Assembly: GCA_963790475.1 (NCBI GenBank)
Contig: CAWBOS010000013.1
Coordinates: 256,001 to 320,000 of the forward strand
Direction: 5' to 3'
Origin: an uncultured delta proteobacterium
GTDB taxonomy: Bacteria; Desulfobacterota; RBG-13-43-22
DNA length: 64,000 nt
Shown here: positions 28,965 through 39,194 of the stretch, piece after piece
Layout: each line of letters starts with the position of its first letter
Numbering within the stretch: the stretch's first letter is position 1
Position numbers and translations under genes: made by a program
The notes under the pieces: generated by a model
What the model was told of the DNA's origin: nothing
What the model saw: the letters and a program-made list of their open reading frames with translations, nothing else
Databases searched by the model: none

Positions 28965-30141
28965 CTATTTCAATTGGGTCCGATTAAATCCCAGGATCTG
29001 GCGGCAGACCACCAGCATCTGGATCTGACCGGTTCCCTCATAGATATCGTTGATCTTGCAATCCCGCATCCATTTCTCCACCAGCCAGTCGCGGGAGTAG
29101 CCGAGTGGTCCCAGCAGGGCTACGCATCTCTGGCAAATCTGGGTAATGGCCCTGCCGGCTTTGGCTTTTCCCATGGAGGACTCCAGCGAGTTTCTCTGCG
29201 CCTTGTCAAGCATCGATGCCGACTGTCTGACCAGAAGCCTGGCCGCTTCCAGGTTGGCCTCCATGTCCAGTATTTCTTTCTGAACGGCGCTCAACGAATG
29301 AATGCCCCGGTCATAGGGGAAGGTAACTCCGGCCTCTTCCAGTTTTTCCTTTGGTGAATTCTAAAGCCGCCCTTCCTACACCGATACCCTGAGCGGCCAC
29401 TCCCGGGCGGGTGGCATCAAAAGTAGCCAAAACCCCTACCTGTCCGCCTTTGGCTTCTTTGATCTCCGGGGAACCCAGAATGTTGTCATAAGGAATGCGG
29501 CAGTCTTCGAAAACGATCGAGGCCGTATCTGAGGCCCTGATCCCGAGTTTGTGCTCCAGTTTGGTCAGGGTCATCCCTTTTCGGAACTTTTCGACCACAA
29601 AACTTTTAATGGCCGCCCGACCCTTGCTCTTGTCCAGTGTAGCCCAGGCGACGACGGCATTGCATCGCTTGCCGGAGGTTACAAAGATCTTCTCACCATT
29701 CAAGATCCACTCGTTCGTTTCCGGATCGAGTTTGGCTGTTGTGGCCACTGCCGCGGTATCGGAACCAAAACCGGGTTCGGTGATGGCCATGGCGCAATGC
29801 AAATTGTCAAAACGGGCCTTTTGTTCCGGCGTAGCCACGGCCCTGATGGCGGCGTTGCCAAGACCCACGGTGGCTATGGCCCCTGCCGTTACCGGGTCTC
29901 CCCAGGAGCGTTCCTCGCCCAGGATAATATTGGTAAGGAACTGCCCTTCACCTTGTCCCGGCTCGGCCAAAGCTTTCAAAAGTGCGGCATTATTTCTTTT
30001 TAACTGTTCCTTTTCATCTTCTTTGAATTCGGCATGTTCGTTTTCGTCATAATAGCGTGCCAGAGTCCTGACATATTCAGCATTTTTATGGGCGATCTTT
30101 ACCGCTTTCAATGTTTTTGGTGATAATGAAAAATCAATCAT
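28965..30141 (-). CDS. Acyl-CoA dehydrogenase, +1 frameshift near 29350
   Basis: AITEPGFGSD, LNGEKIFVT, KLGIRASDT in one frame; EKWMRD, IYEGT in the next. Confidence 0.85.
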
Positions 30142-30190
30142 TTTCTCCCTCCATTTGATGAAGCCTACGAATGCTTCGTTCTATAATCAA

Positions 30191-30279
30191 AAGGTTTAAG
30201 GTGTACGGTGTAAGGTATAAGGTATAAGATTTTTTTGGACCTTGAACCTCAGACCTTAAACCTCGGACCGTGTACCTTT
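30191..30279. repeat. Hairpin of 7-mer tandem repeats
   Basis: AAGGTTT-AAGGTGT-ACGGTGT-AAGGTAT arm versus CCTTGAA-CCTCAGA-CCTTAAA-CCTCGGA arm. Confidence 0.75.
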
Positions 30280-30282
30280 CTT

Positions 30283-30828
30283 TCAGCCGATGGCCAGACC
30301 TTCCATGGTGTCAAAACCCCGGCCGTTTCTGAACCACAGCTCCACCGGATGTTCCCGGATATAACCGTGTCCGCCCAAAACCTGCACCCCGTAATCCGTC
30401 ACCAGCATCGTCTTGTCGGCGCAATACCTCTTGGTCAGCCCCGCATCCCGCGTGGCATCCTCATGCCGGTCCAGCCGCCAGGCCGTCCGCCAGACCATCA
30501 GCCGCATCCCGGCCACTTCTATCGCTGATTCCCCCAGCATCCAGGCCACCGCCTGCCGGCTGGCTATCGGCTCTCCAAAGGCAAAACGTTCCTTGGCATA
30601 CTTGATCGCATATTCATTCGAGGCCCGGGAAACCCCCACTGCCATGGCACACAGATTGGCCCGGGACAGGTTCAGCAGCCTCATAAAATTGATCCCATTC
30701 TCTCCGCCCAGCCGCCTGTTCAGGGGCACTTCCACATCTTTGAAGGTCACCGGAAAAAGAGGCAGGGGTTTCAATCCCATATTCTTCTCCCGTTCCCCCA
30801 CCGTCACTCCGGGGGTGTTCCGGTCGAA
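30283..30828 (-). pseudogene. Acyl-CoA dehydrogenase, C-terminal half only
   Basis: YAKERFAFGEPI, VQVLGGHGYIREHPVELWFR; similarity stops near 30828 with non-coding DNA upstream. Confidence 0.8.
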
Positions 30829-31025
30829 ATGTTTCCGAGCGCTCGTTAACTTTTGAAATATTTTTACCACAATCAAATTTCTCAAGTCAAGGCAAAAACT
30901 AATTTTAGAACCACTATTGAGCGGCTTTGGCCTGACGATAAAGAAGGAATAAAATATTGAACGGGGAAGGCTTGCAATTCTTTTTGAAAACTGCCATGAT
31001 ATATTTTATGAAGGATTACGGTTTC

Positions 31026-31167
31026 GAGACCTTTGAAAAATATTCAATTTTGTCCAAGGTCAAGGAGGACGAAAATTTTAACCACAGGAATACATTTAGT
31101 ATTTCGAGGATTAAAATTTGAGTCTGACGCAGAGATTGGGCAAAAGGGGGTGTTTTTCAAAGGTCTC
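31026..31167. repeat. ~140 bp MITE family B
   Basis: Perfect 15-bp TIR GAGACCTTTGAAAAA / TTTTTCAAAGGTCTC; second copy at 61264. Confidence 0.88.
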
Positions 31168-31310
31168 TCGTAATAAGTCGCCGAATTCCAAGCACCGTCA
31201 TATAGACGAAAGCCTGAGTCCAAGAATAATAACTTCTTATGGACCCCGGCGCCTGTCCCGGACCTGATCCGGGATTCGACGGGGTGACGACCTTGGTGAA
31301 TTTTTACGAA
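31167..31310. repeat. MITE family C copy with nested REP-like palindromes
   Basis: CTCGTAATAAGTC...TTTTTACGAA ends; GTCA...GTCCA / TGGAC...TGAC and nested CCTGTCCCGGACCTGATCCGGG. Confidence 0.65.
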
Positions 31311-31382
31311 CTTATCAAGGTTCACCCCTTCGAAATAAACAGTCTTGCCGTTCATCGGCAAATGATATGGAGAAACCATTTA

Positions 31383-31709
31383 ATGAAGATCCACTTCAAA
31401 GTCTGGCTGGAAAAAGATAACCGAGTCCTATTCGGGGAGGGCCGGAGTCAACTTCTCCAAGCCATTGAGGACTATGGGTCCCTGGCCCAGGCGGCCAGGA
31501 AGATGAATATGTCTTATCGGGCGGCCTGGGGACGGTTAAAGGCCTCTGAGGATCGATTAGGCTATCCCTTGGCTGAAAAGGATTTAGAACAAGGGAAAAA
31601 AGGGGGACTGCGGTTGACCCCTGACGGAAAAGACCTCCTTAACAAATACAAAACTATTCATCAGGCCCTGGATTCGCTGGTGAATGAATTGGAGCGGAAA
31701 TCTTTTTGA
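31383..31709 (+). CDS. Stand-alone ModE-type winged-helix regulator
   Basis: FGEGRSQLLQAI, GSLAQAARKMNMSYRAAW. Confidence 0.85.
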   Translation: MKIHFKVWLEKDNRVLFGEGRSQLLQAIEDYGSLAQAARKMNMSYRAAWGRLKASEDRLGYPLAEKDLEQGKKGGLRLTPDGKDLLNKYKTIHQALDSLVNELERKSF

Positions 31710-32197
31710 AACGGAAAAGCCAAAGCGGAATCTCGGATCTGGAAAAATCGATTATCCGAGAACTGACCGGAGATCTTCCCGTCACCTCCCAACCTTTTGC
31801 CCCGATTGCCCGACAATTGGGAATCTCTCAAAGACGTCTTTTAAATATCGTCAAGAGACTGAAAGACGAAGGTTATATCCGCCGTTTTGGGGCCACCCTC
31901 CGCCACCGGAATTCGGGGTTTTCCGCCAACGCCATGGTGGTCTGGAAGATTCCCGATGAAAAAATTAATCAAGTGGGGCAGGTAATGGCCTCTTTCAAGG
32001 AGGTGACCCATTGCTACCATCGACGGCCTGAAGGAAATTGGAATTATAATCTTTTTACCATGATTCATGGGGCCGGAGAAGAAGCCTGCCATCGCTTAGC
32101 TGAAAGGATATCCCGAGCGACCGGAGTAGTTGATTATAAGTTGCTTTTCAGTCAGAGGGAATTGAAGAAGACCACCATGAGGTATTTTTATGAATAA
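31706..32197 (+). CDS. ahbB: Siroheme decarboxylase subunit beta (AhbB/NirH-like)
   Basis: IRRFGATLRH, ANAMVVW, VTHCYHR, YNLFTMIHG, ELKKTTMRYF; adjacent to hemL. Confidence 0.85.
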   Translation: MKRKSQSGISDLEKSIIRELTGDLPVTSQPFAPIARQLGISQRRLLNIVKRLKDEGYIRRFGATLRHRNSGFSANAMVVWKIPDEKINQVGQVMASFKEVTHCYHRRPEGNWNYNLFTMIHGAGEEACHRLAERISRATGVVDYKLLFSQRELKKTTMRYFYE

Positions 32198-33488
32198 CCG
32201 TTGGCCGAAATCAGAAAGGCTCTTTGTACGGGGGCAGACCGTCATCCCCGGAGGGGTCAATAGTCCGGTCCGGGCCGCCAGGGCCGTAGGCACCATCCCT
32301 TTGTTTATCAACCGGGGCCAAGGCTCGAAGATCTTTGATGTGGATGGAAACTCTTATATTGATTATGTGGGATCCTGGGGCCCGCTGATCCTGGGGCATG
32401 CGCATCCGCTGGTGGTGGAAGCTGTCAAGCGGGCCGCCGAGATGGGAACCAGCTTTGGGGCCCCGACCGAGACCGAGATCGAACTCGCCGAACGGATCGT
32501 GGGCTGTGTCCCTGGCATAGAAATGGTTCGATTGGTCACCTCCGGAACCGAGGCCACCATGAGCGCCGTCCGTTTGGCCCGGGCCTACACCAACCGGTCT
32601 TTAATCATCAAGTTTGACGGTTGTTATCACGGGCACGGAGACAGTTTTCTGATCAAGGCCGGTTCAGGGGTAGCCACCCTGGGCATTCCCGGCAGTCCGG
32701 GGGTTCCACAAGAAATCGCCTCTCTGACCCTTTCGCTGCCCTATAATAATTTGAATAAAGTCCGGGAGACCTTCAGGACCTTAGGGGATCGGGTGGCGGC
32801 GGTGATCGTGGAACCTGTGGCCGGCAATATGGGCGTAGTACCGCCTGTTCCCGGTTTTTTAGAAGGGGTCCGGGAAGAAACCCTTCGGCATCAATCCCTG
32901 TTGATTTTTGATGAGGTCATAACCGGGTTTCGAGTGGCCCTCGGAGGGGCACAAGAACTTTTTCAAATCAAGCCCGATTTGACCTGCCTGGGCAAAATTA
33001 TCGGCGGAGGTTTGCCGGTCGGGGCTTACGGCGGGAAGAAAGAGATCATGTCCTTTATAGCCCCGGAAGGCCCGGTCTATCAGGCCGGGACCCTCTCCGG
33101 CAATCCTCTGGCCACAGCCGCCGGATTGGCGGCTTTGACTGTCCTTTCTCAAGAAGGGATTTATGAACAATTGGAGGAGAAGGCCGCCTTCTTTTTTAAC
33201 CGGCTGAACCAGCAGGCCCAATCCAAGGGGATACCTTTCATCACCACTCGTCTGGGGTCAATGGGCAGTCTTTTCTTTTCTCGGGATGACATCCGCGACT
33301 ATGCCTCGGTTCAAAAGGCTTCTTCGGAAATCTACGCCCGCTTCTACCGGGAAATGCGTTCCCGCGGGGTCTATCTGGCCCCATCGGCCTTTGAGGCTTT
33401 GTTCATTTCTCTGGCTCATTCCCGGGAAGATCTGGAAAAAACCCTGGCCGCAGCCGATGAGGTTTTTGACCTTTTAGTACAAAAGTAG
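32190..33488 (+). CDS. hemL: Glutamate-1-semialdehyde 2,1-aminomutase
   Basis: PGGVNSPVRA, GKIIGGGLP, YQAGTLSGNP. Confidence 0.97.
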   Translation: MNNRWPKSERLFVRGQTVIPGGVNSPVRAARAVGTIPLFINRGQGSKIFDVDGNSYIDYVGSWGPLILGHAHPLVVEAVKRAAEMGTSFGAPTETEIELAERIVGCVPGIEMVRLVTSGTEATMSAVRLARAYTNRSLIIKFDGCYHGHGDSFLIKAGSGVATLGIPGSPGVPQEIASLTLSLPYNNLNKVRETFRTLGDRVAAVIVEPVAGNMGVVPPVPGFLEGVREETLRHQSLLIFDEVITGFRVALGGAQELFQIKPDLTCLGKIIGGGLPVGAYGGKKEIMSFIAPEGPVYQAGTLSGNPLATAAGLAALTVLSQEGIYEQLEEKAAFFFNRLNQQAQSKGIPFITTRLGSMGSLFFSRDDIRDYASVQKASSEIYARFYREMRSRGVYLAPSAFEALFISLAHSREDLEKTLAAADEVFDLLVQK

Positions 33489-33510
33489 GGATTAATCCGG
33501 CACGCAGGCG

Positions 33511-33580
33511 GAAGGGATTCGAAGGTCCAAAGGTTTTAATTTCTGACTTATCATTTGAACCTTTGATTCTCGAACCCCTT
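33511..33580. repeat. Hairpin of 8-mer tandem repeats
   Basis: GGATTCGA-AGGTCCAA arm versus TTGAACCT-TTGATTCT-CGAACCCC arm. Confidence 0.6.
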
Positions 33581-33623
33581 AAAAAGGCCATCTGTCCTCT
33601 TGCCTTTCGTTCCATTTTTCTCC

Positions 33624-33652
33624 TTGACCGTGCCTTTGTCTTTGCCTATACT
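33624..33652 (+). promoter_or_regulatory. Putative sigma70 promoter
   Basis: TTGACC-N17-TATACT, supports ATG 33683 as start. Confidence 0.6.
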
Positions 33653-33682
33653 CCATCCCCAAAAAAGGAAATTTTTATCAAA

Positions 33683-35062
33683 ATGATCAAACCGTCTTCT
33701 CCAAAGGTCTTGTTGCTCAATCCTCCCGGAGACCGCAATTATGGCCGCGACTACTACTGCAGCAAAGTCAACAAAGCCAATTACGTCGAACACCCGGTTG
33801 ATTTTGTTTATTTAACGGGAATATTAGAACAGCAGGTGGAATACCTCATCATCGACTCTATTGTAGATAAACTGGATCCCGCGGAATGTTTAAAACGCGT
33901 TCTCGATTTTCACCCGGATGTGATCATTTTCTTGAGTGGATGGGTTTCCTGGATCAAGGACTTTCCCTTTCTGAAATCGGTCAAACAGCATTTGCCGTCC
34001 AGCCGCTTGATCGGGATGGGAGATCTTTTTTTGGATCGGGACGTTTTCTTGAAACACGAGTGGATCGATGGGGTCCTTTATGATTTTCGCAATGGCGATA
34101 TCCTTGAATATCTGAGCGGGAATGTTGAGGGCGTGACCAATATGTTGGTCCGGCATCAAGGGAACCTCATCGAAAGAAAATTGGCCAAAAACCAGGGTCT
34201 GAAAACTTTCCGGTCTTCGCTGCCGCGGCATGAATTGTTTCTGGAACACGCCTACTCCTTTCCCTTCGCCAAACGACTTCCCTTCGTTACCGTTCTAACG
34301 GATTTCGGCTGCCCGTTTCGATGCCGGTTTTGTGCCTATTCTGAAATTGGTTATCGGACAGGAGACCTTTCGGAAGTTTTTAAGGAGCTGGAACACATCC
34401 ACTCCCTCGGAGTACGGGAGATATTCTTTAAAGATCAGACTTTTTGCATCGACCGCCGGCGTGGAGAAGCCCTCTGCCGCTTCATGATTGAGAAAAATCT
34501 GGACCTTTCCTGGACTTGCTTTCTCCGGGTTACCCAGGCGACACCCGATTTCCTGAAGCTGCTCAAGGAGGCCGGCTGCCACACCATTATCTTCGGGATA
34601 GAAACAGCCAGTCAGGAGGAGCTCGACCGCTATCAAAAACAAACCTCCATCGAGGAGATTCGACGGGCCATTCGAGCCGCACGGCAAGCGGGCATTCGCT
34701 CGGTCGGCACCTTTATCCTGGGATTCCCCAATGAGGACTCCACCAGCATCCAAAACACCATTCGGTTTGCTTTAGAACTGGATCCGGACTATGCCGCTTT
34801 CAACACCTATGTCCCGAAGACGGAAGCGATGGGATTCGACCCCTCGCTGAATAACAGATATGATCAATCCGGGATTGAAAGTAACACCGATGGCGGCAAC
34901 GGTATTCTCACGGGGCAGGAGATCAGTTATTGGCGGCGGCAGGCCGTAAGACGTTTTTATCTGCGGCCGCGTTACCTTCTACGACAATTGATGCGGATGA
35001 AATCCGGCGTTGAACTCAAAATGCACCTGAAAAGTTTCTTGTTTGTTATGAAGTCGTCCTGA
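33683..35062 (+). CDS. B12-binding-domain radical SAM protein
   Basis: VLLLNPP N-terminus; CPFRCRFC; GIET, FILGFP. Confidence 0.88.
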   Translation: MIKPSSPKVLLLNPPGDRNYGRDYYCSKVNKANYVEHPVDFVYLTGILEQQVEYLIIDSIVDKLDPAECLKRVLDFHPDVIIFLSGWVSWIKDFPFLKSVKQHLPSSRLIGMGDLFLDRDVFLKHEWIDGVLYDFRNGDILEYLSGNVEGVTNMLVRHQGNLIERKLAKNQGLKTFRSSLPRHELFLEHAYSFPFAKRLPFVTVLTDFGCPFRCRFCAYSEIGYRTGDLSEVFKELEHIHSLGVREIFFKDQTFCIDRRRGEALCRFMIEKNLDLSWTCFLRVTQATPDFLKLLKEAGCHTIIFGIETASQEELDRYQKQTSIEEIRRAIRAARQAGIRSVGTFILGFPNEDSTSIQNTIRFALELDPDYAAFNTYVPKTEAMGFDPSLNNRYDQSGIESNTDGGNGILTGQEISYWRRQAVRRFYLRPRYLLRQLMRMKSGVELKMHLKSFLFVMKSS

Positions 35063-35079
35063 AAGAACTGAAAAGGCCA

Positions 35080-36669
35080 TCAAGATCCTGCCCGTATGTC
35101 CCCGGATTTCGGCGGTATCCAGCGCAGTCCCCCTTTAAAGCCGTAAGCGCGATAAAGAAAAAAGGTTTTCACTATCTGCTTTTGATCTCCGGCCCCCGAC
35201 GGCCCTACAGAAGACCGGAAAATATCCAGCTTTACCGGCGGATCCACATGTTCGAAAACCTCCTTTAAACGCCCCCAATGACTGATGCTGTCATAGGTCA
35301 CGCCGACGGCGTCCCAGCCCATCACATCTTTATCCTGCCACCAGTAGTCATAGACGTTGGGACGGGACCAGCGATTAATGGAGACGGTTCGGGGTTGAGT
35401 GGGGGTGTAAAAAGCCAGTTCGCTGGCCGTCTGGTAGTCTAAACCAAAAATAAAGGTATGCCTGGGATGGGGCATGGTCTGGACCAGGTCTGAGGTTTTC
35501 AAGCCCAACTCCCGCCATCCGCCAAGTTCGATGGCCATGCGGTCCAGATACATCGGCAGAGGCAGAAACGGCCATACCGTTTGCACCAATACCAGGGCTG
35601 TGAGAGCATACGAGGTGCCCACAGCCCAGAAGTATAAACGGCGGCCCCGGCCTTGTTTCTTTTCCCCCCAAATCCTCCTCGGCTTGCCCCCGTATAATGT
35701 GACCGTTAAAACCAGGGCGGTCAGATACGCGGCGCCCGGCCAGTTGCCATATACCCGGCTGTGCAAGCTCAAAAGGGCGAAAAAAGCAAACATCGGCAGG
35801 GAGGTATAAACGAGATAGGGATAAATCCACTCATTTGGGGGATAACGTTTTAGAATCACAGCCCCCCAGCCCATCAAAATTAAGATGAACACGATCGGCG
35901 ACAGTAGCCCGGCCTGAGAAGCCAGGTAATCCCCGATAAATTCCCAGTGGATGGCCAACAAAGCCTCGTCGCTGCCGCCAAGATGGCTTACATGACGCAG
36001 GGAATTCCAGCCGTGGGTGGCATTCCAGATAACAACCGGCAGAAACATCAGCACCCCGATTAAGCTTCCCACATAGGGCCGGATGCTGACCAGGCGGCGG
36101 CGGTGCAGCCGGGAGAATAAACCATAACCCAAAGCCGCCGGCAGAAAAATGATCATGGTATATTTGCTGAGCATGCCCACCCCGAACCATAGTCCGCTGA
36201 TCAGCCATTGGCCCCAGCCATTGTTCTCATAGGCCCGGGCCACATGATAGGCGGCAGCGGCCCAGGCCGCTGCCTGCAACCCGTCAGAGGTGGCCAACAA
36301 TCCGCCCACATTCAGAGCCAGGATCCCCTGGGTGATCAGGGCGGTTTGAAAGGCCGCTCGAGAATCCACCCAGCGGGCGGCCATGCTTACCAGATAGAGG
36401 GAGGCAACGGCTATGGCGATGACCGACGGTAAACGCACAGCCAGTTCAGTATTTCCCAAAAAATAACTGCTGAGCGAAATGGCCCAGGCGATCATAGGGG
36501 ATTGGTCATAGTATCCCCAGGCTAAATAACGACTCCACTGCCAGTAATTGGCTTCATCGGGGGCCAACGGAAAAAAATTGGCGTAGATCAATCTGAAAAA
36601 AGTAAAACCCAGTACCCAAGCCCAGGCCAGGGCAAGATCGTTTCGGTTGGTTTTCGTGGTCAGAGGCAT
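35080..36669 (-). CDS. ArnT/GT39-like membrane glycosyltransferase
   Basis: DEANYWQWS, GYYDQSP, LSKYT; multiple TM segments. Confidence 0.88.
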   Translation of the reverse strand: MPLTTKTNRNDLALAWAWVLGFTFFRLIYANFFPLAPDEANYWQWSRYLAWGYYDQSPMIAWAISLSSYFLGNTELAVRLPSVIAIAVASLYLVSMAARWVDSRAAFQTALITQGILALNVGGLLATSDGLQAAAWAAAAYHVARAYENNGWGQWLISGLWFGVGMLSKYTMIIFLPAALGYGLFSRLHRRRLVSIRPYVGSLIGVLMFLPVVIWNATHGWNSLRHVSHLGGSDEALLAIHWEFIGDYLASQAGLLSPIVFILILMGWGAVILKRYPPNEWIYPYLVYTSLPMFAFFALLSLHSRVYGNWPGAAYLTALVLTVTLYGGKPRRIWGEKKQGRGRRLYFWAVGTSYALTALVLVQTVWPFLPLPMYLDRMAIELGGWRELGLKTSDLVQTMPHPRHTFIFGLDYQTASELAFYTPTQPRTVSINRWSRPNVYDYWWQDKDVMGWDAVGVTYDSISHWGRLKEVFEHVDPPVKLDIFRSSVGPSGAGDQKQIVKTFFLYRAYGFKGGLRWIPPKSGDIRAGS

Positions 36670-36925
36670 GCTACTCCTGTCCCAAGCATACGGTATCCCT
36701 CTTGAACTCTGAGGTAGTCGTTTTTTTCTCTTTTATCATAGGTCGCCTCCAAACGCTCTTTTTTTTATCATACTTTTCTAAGGCGTCTACCGTTACTTTA
36801 CCAGCTCAGGTCGCGTTATGCAAAAAAAAGAGAGCAGCGGATTTTTGTTTTTAAATTTCAGACCGGTAAAGATCCTTTTTATTCGGAGAATCCCTCTGTC
36901 TCCTGACTTTCGCCCCTTTTTCTTC

Positions 36926-36954
36926 TTGATCCCGTCTTTTCCTTGATCTATACT
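36926..36954 (+). promoter_or_regulatory. Putative sigma70 promoter of the LPS glycosyltransferase cluster
   Basis: TTGATC-N17-TATACT. Confidence 0.5.
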
Positions 36955-37036
36955 CTTCCTTCAAAAAGCAGGCTCTTATCAACCACCGATCTGTAAGACT
37001 TTTAACGATTTCATCAAACTTGCATCACCCAGGACC

Positions 37037-37873
37037 TTGCCCGTGGAAGAAAAACATCATCCGACGGTTTCTTGTTACATCCTCGCCTTTAATGAAAAGG
37101 AGAAGATCACTGAGGCCATTGGCAGCGTGCAGTGGGCCGACGAAATCGTGGTGGCCGACTCAAACAGCACCGATGGTACCACCGAAATCGCCCGTTCCCT
37201 CGGCGCGCGGGTAATCCAAATCCCATTTTCCGGATATGGCGATCTGCGCAATCGCGCCATGTCGGCCTGCCGGGGAGAGTGGATCTTCAGCCTGGATGCC
37301 GATGAACGCTGCACTATTGAAGCACAGGAGGAGATGCTGGCTATCGTCCATTCGCCCCAAGCGCTGGACGCCTATTATGTGCCCCGCAAAAATTTCTTCA
37401 TGGGCCGTTGGATCAAGCATTCGGGATACTACCCCGACTATCGCCAGCCCCAACTGTTTCGCAAAGGGGTGCTGACCTTCCGATCGGACCCTGTGCACGA
37501 GGCCTTTGATTTGTCTTCCACCCGCATCGGTTATCTGAAAAACGCCATCTGGCAGTTTCCCTTCAAGGATTTGGAGCAGATCATCCATAAATGCAATCGC
37601 TACTCCACGTTAGGCGCCGAAAAGCTGGATGCCCAGGGAAGACGCGCCGGTATCGGAACGGCCCTGGGTCACGGCCTGTGGGCCTTTAATCACCAATACC
37701 TGATCAAACTGGGTTTCCTGGATGGCTGGCCGGGCTTTGTTCTGGCGCTGAGCCATTTTGAAGCCACTTTCTATAAGTATGCCAAACTCTATGTGCGCCA
37801 GTCCCGATGGCCCTGGCCAGGCATCCAGCCGGCCGACTCAGCCAACGCACCAACGGATAAGCGCAATGGCTGA
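37037..37873 (+). CDS. GT2 glycosyltransferase (WaaE/KdtX-like)
   Basis: AFNE, DSNSTDGT, LDADE, YPDY, GFLDG. Confidence 0.9.
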   Translation: MPVEEKHHPTVSCYILAFNEKEKITEAIGSVQWADEIVVADSNSTDGTTEIARSLGARVIQIPFSGYGDLRNRAMSACRGEWIFSLDADERCTIEAQEEMLAIVHSPQALDAYYVPRKNFFMGRWIKHSGYYPDYRQPQLFRKGVLTFRSDPVHEAFDLSSTRIGYLKNAIWQFPFKDLEQIIHKCNRYSTLGAEKLDAQGRRAGIGTALGHGLWAFNHQYLIKLGFLDGWPGFVLALSHFEATFYKYAKLYVRQSRWPWPGIQPADSANAPTDKRNG

Positions 37874-38019
37874 AGAAGATATCTCCTTTATTTTCAGAAA
37901 CGGGAATGCCCGGGTCTCGCTGCTGCCACTAATGAAATCCAGCCGGCACATGGTTTCCGGAAGAAATGCCGGAGGTCCCTTTCCCCCTAAGCGCCAGGAT
38001 AAAGACGGGAAAATGCGCC

Positions 38020-39177
38020 GTGGGTAACCGTCCAATAAAAATAGCCGTGGTGGTTCCACGCTACGGTCGCGTGGGCGGGGGTGAACGGTTCGTCATGGCC
38101 TTGACCGAACAGCTTGCCGCCATCAACGGCCTGGAAATGCATGTCTTTGCCAACCGCTGGGATACGCACAGCACCGGCGTGCACTTTCATAAGGTGCCGA
38201 TCATCAAATTCCCGCGCTTTTTGACCACCATCAGCTTCGCCTTTTTTGCCAATAAACGTATTGCCGCGGCGAACATGGACTTGATTCACACCCATGACCG
38301 CATCCTAAACGCTGATCTTTTTACGGCCCACGGCCTTCCCCATTCCACCTGGATACGGGAAGTACGTCGCAAACGCCCCAGCCTGTTCGATCGAACGACG
38401 GCCTGGGTCGAGCGGCGATTGGTTATGAGCGCCCGCTGCCGCCGGATTATGCCGGTATCCACCCTGGTCCAGGAGAAGATGATCGCAGCCTTCCCGGGCA
38501 TCGTCGAAGATAAAATCCGGGTGATTACACCAGGGGTGGATAAGACCCCCTTCGATGCCTTAAACCGCCACGAATGCCGCGCCCGGATACGACCTCAATT
38601 CGGCATCGCCGAATCCGATCGGGTCATACTCTTCGTGGGAATGAATTTCGAAGTCAAGGGGTTGGCGGCCCTTATGGCCGCCTTGGGACAACTCAAAAAA
38701 ATCCAGCCCGGGGTTGCGACCCGACTGCTGATCGTTGGCAAAGGCGACACCAAACGCTATCAGGGTCTCGCCAGGCAATTGGGCCTGGAAGAGGATGTTC
38801 TTTTTGCCGGCGTGTGGCGGGAAGAGATCGCGCCGCTCTATCTGGCCGCGGATCTGTTTGCCATGCTCTCAATCTACGACACCTTCGGATTGACGGTGTT
38901 GGAAGCCATGGCCGCGGGGCTGCCGGTCATCATCAGTCCCACGGTGGGCGCGCGGGATGTGGTGCGCAACGGCCAAAACGGCTATATCGTAGATCCCGGC
39001 CAAACCGAAGAAGTCAGCCGCCACCTGGCCATGGCCTTGGAAAGAAAAGAAAATGAACGCCTAGCCGGTTGTGCCCGGCAAACAGCCCAAGCCCATACCT
39101 GGTCGGCCATGGCCCGTAAGGTGGCCGGGATATATGAAGAATTGCTTCGCCCGGATGGAATCGAATATAACCCCTAA
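38020..39177 (+). CDS. GT4 glycosyltransferase (WaaG-like); start uncertain
   Basis: GGGER, KGL, YDTFGLTVLEAMAAGLPVI. Confidence 0.88.
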   Translation: MGNRPIKIAVVVPRYGRVGGGERFVMALTEQLAAINGLEMHVFANRWDTHSTGVHFHKVPIIKFPRFLTTISFAFFANKRIAAANMDLIHTHDRILNADLFTAHGLPHSTWIREVRRKRPSLFDRTTAWVERRLVMSARCRRIMPVSTLVQEKMIAAFPGIVEDKIRVITPGVDKTPFDALNRHECRARIRPQFGIAESDRVILFVGMNFEVKGLAALMAALGQLKKIQPGVATRLLIVGKGDTKRYQGLARQLGLEEDVLFAGVWREEIAPLYLAADLFAMLSIYDTFGLTVLEAMAAGLPVIISPTVGARDVVRNGQNGYIVDPGQTEEVSRHLAMALERKENERLAGCARQTAQAHTWSAMARKVAGIYEELLRPDGIEYNP

Positions 39178-39194
39178 GGAGGGAAATCAAAATT

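Noticed and set aside
31044-31379. ORFs 31044..31379 and the 31239 extension of the ModE gene (also 18749..18970, 62452..62709)
   Set aside because: Translations of MITE/REP sequence
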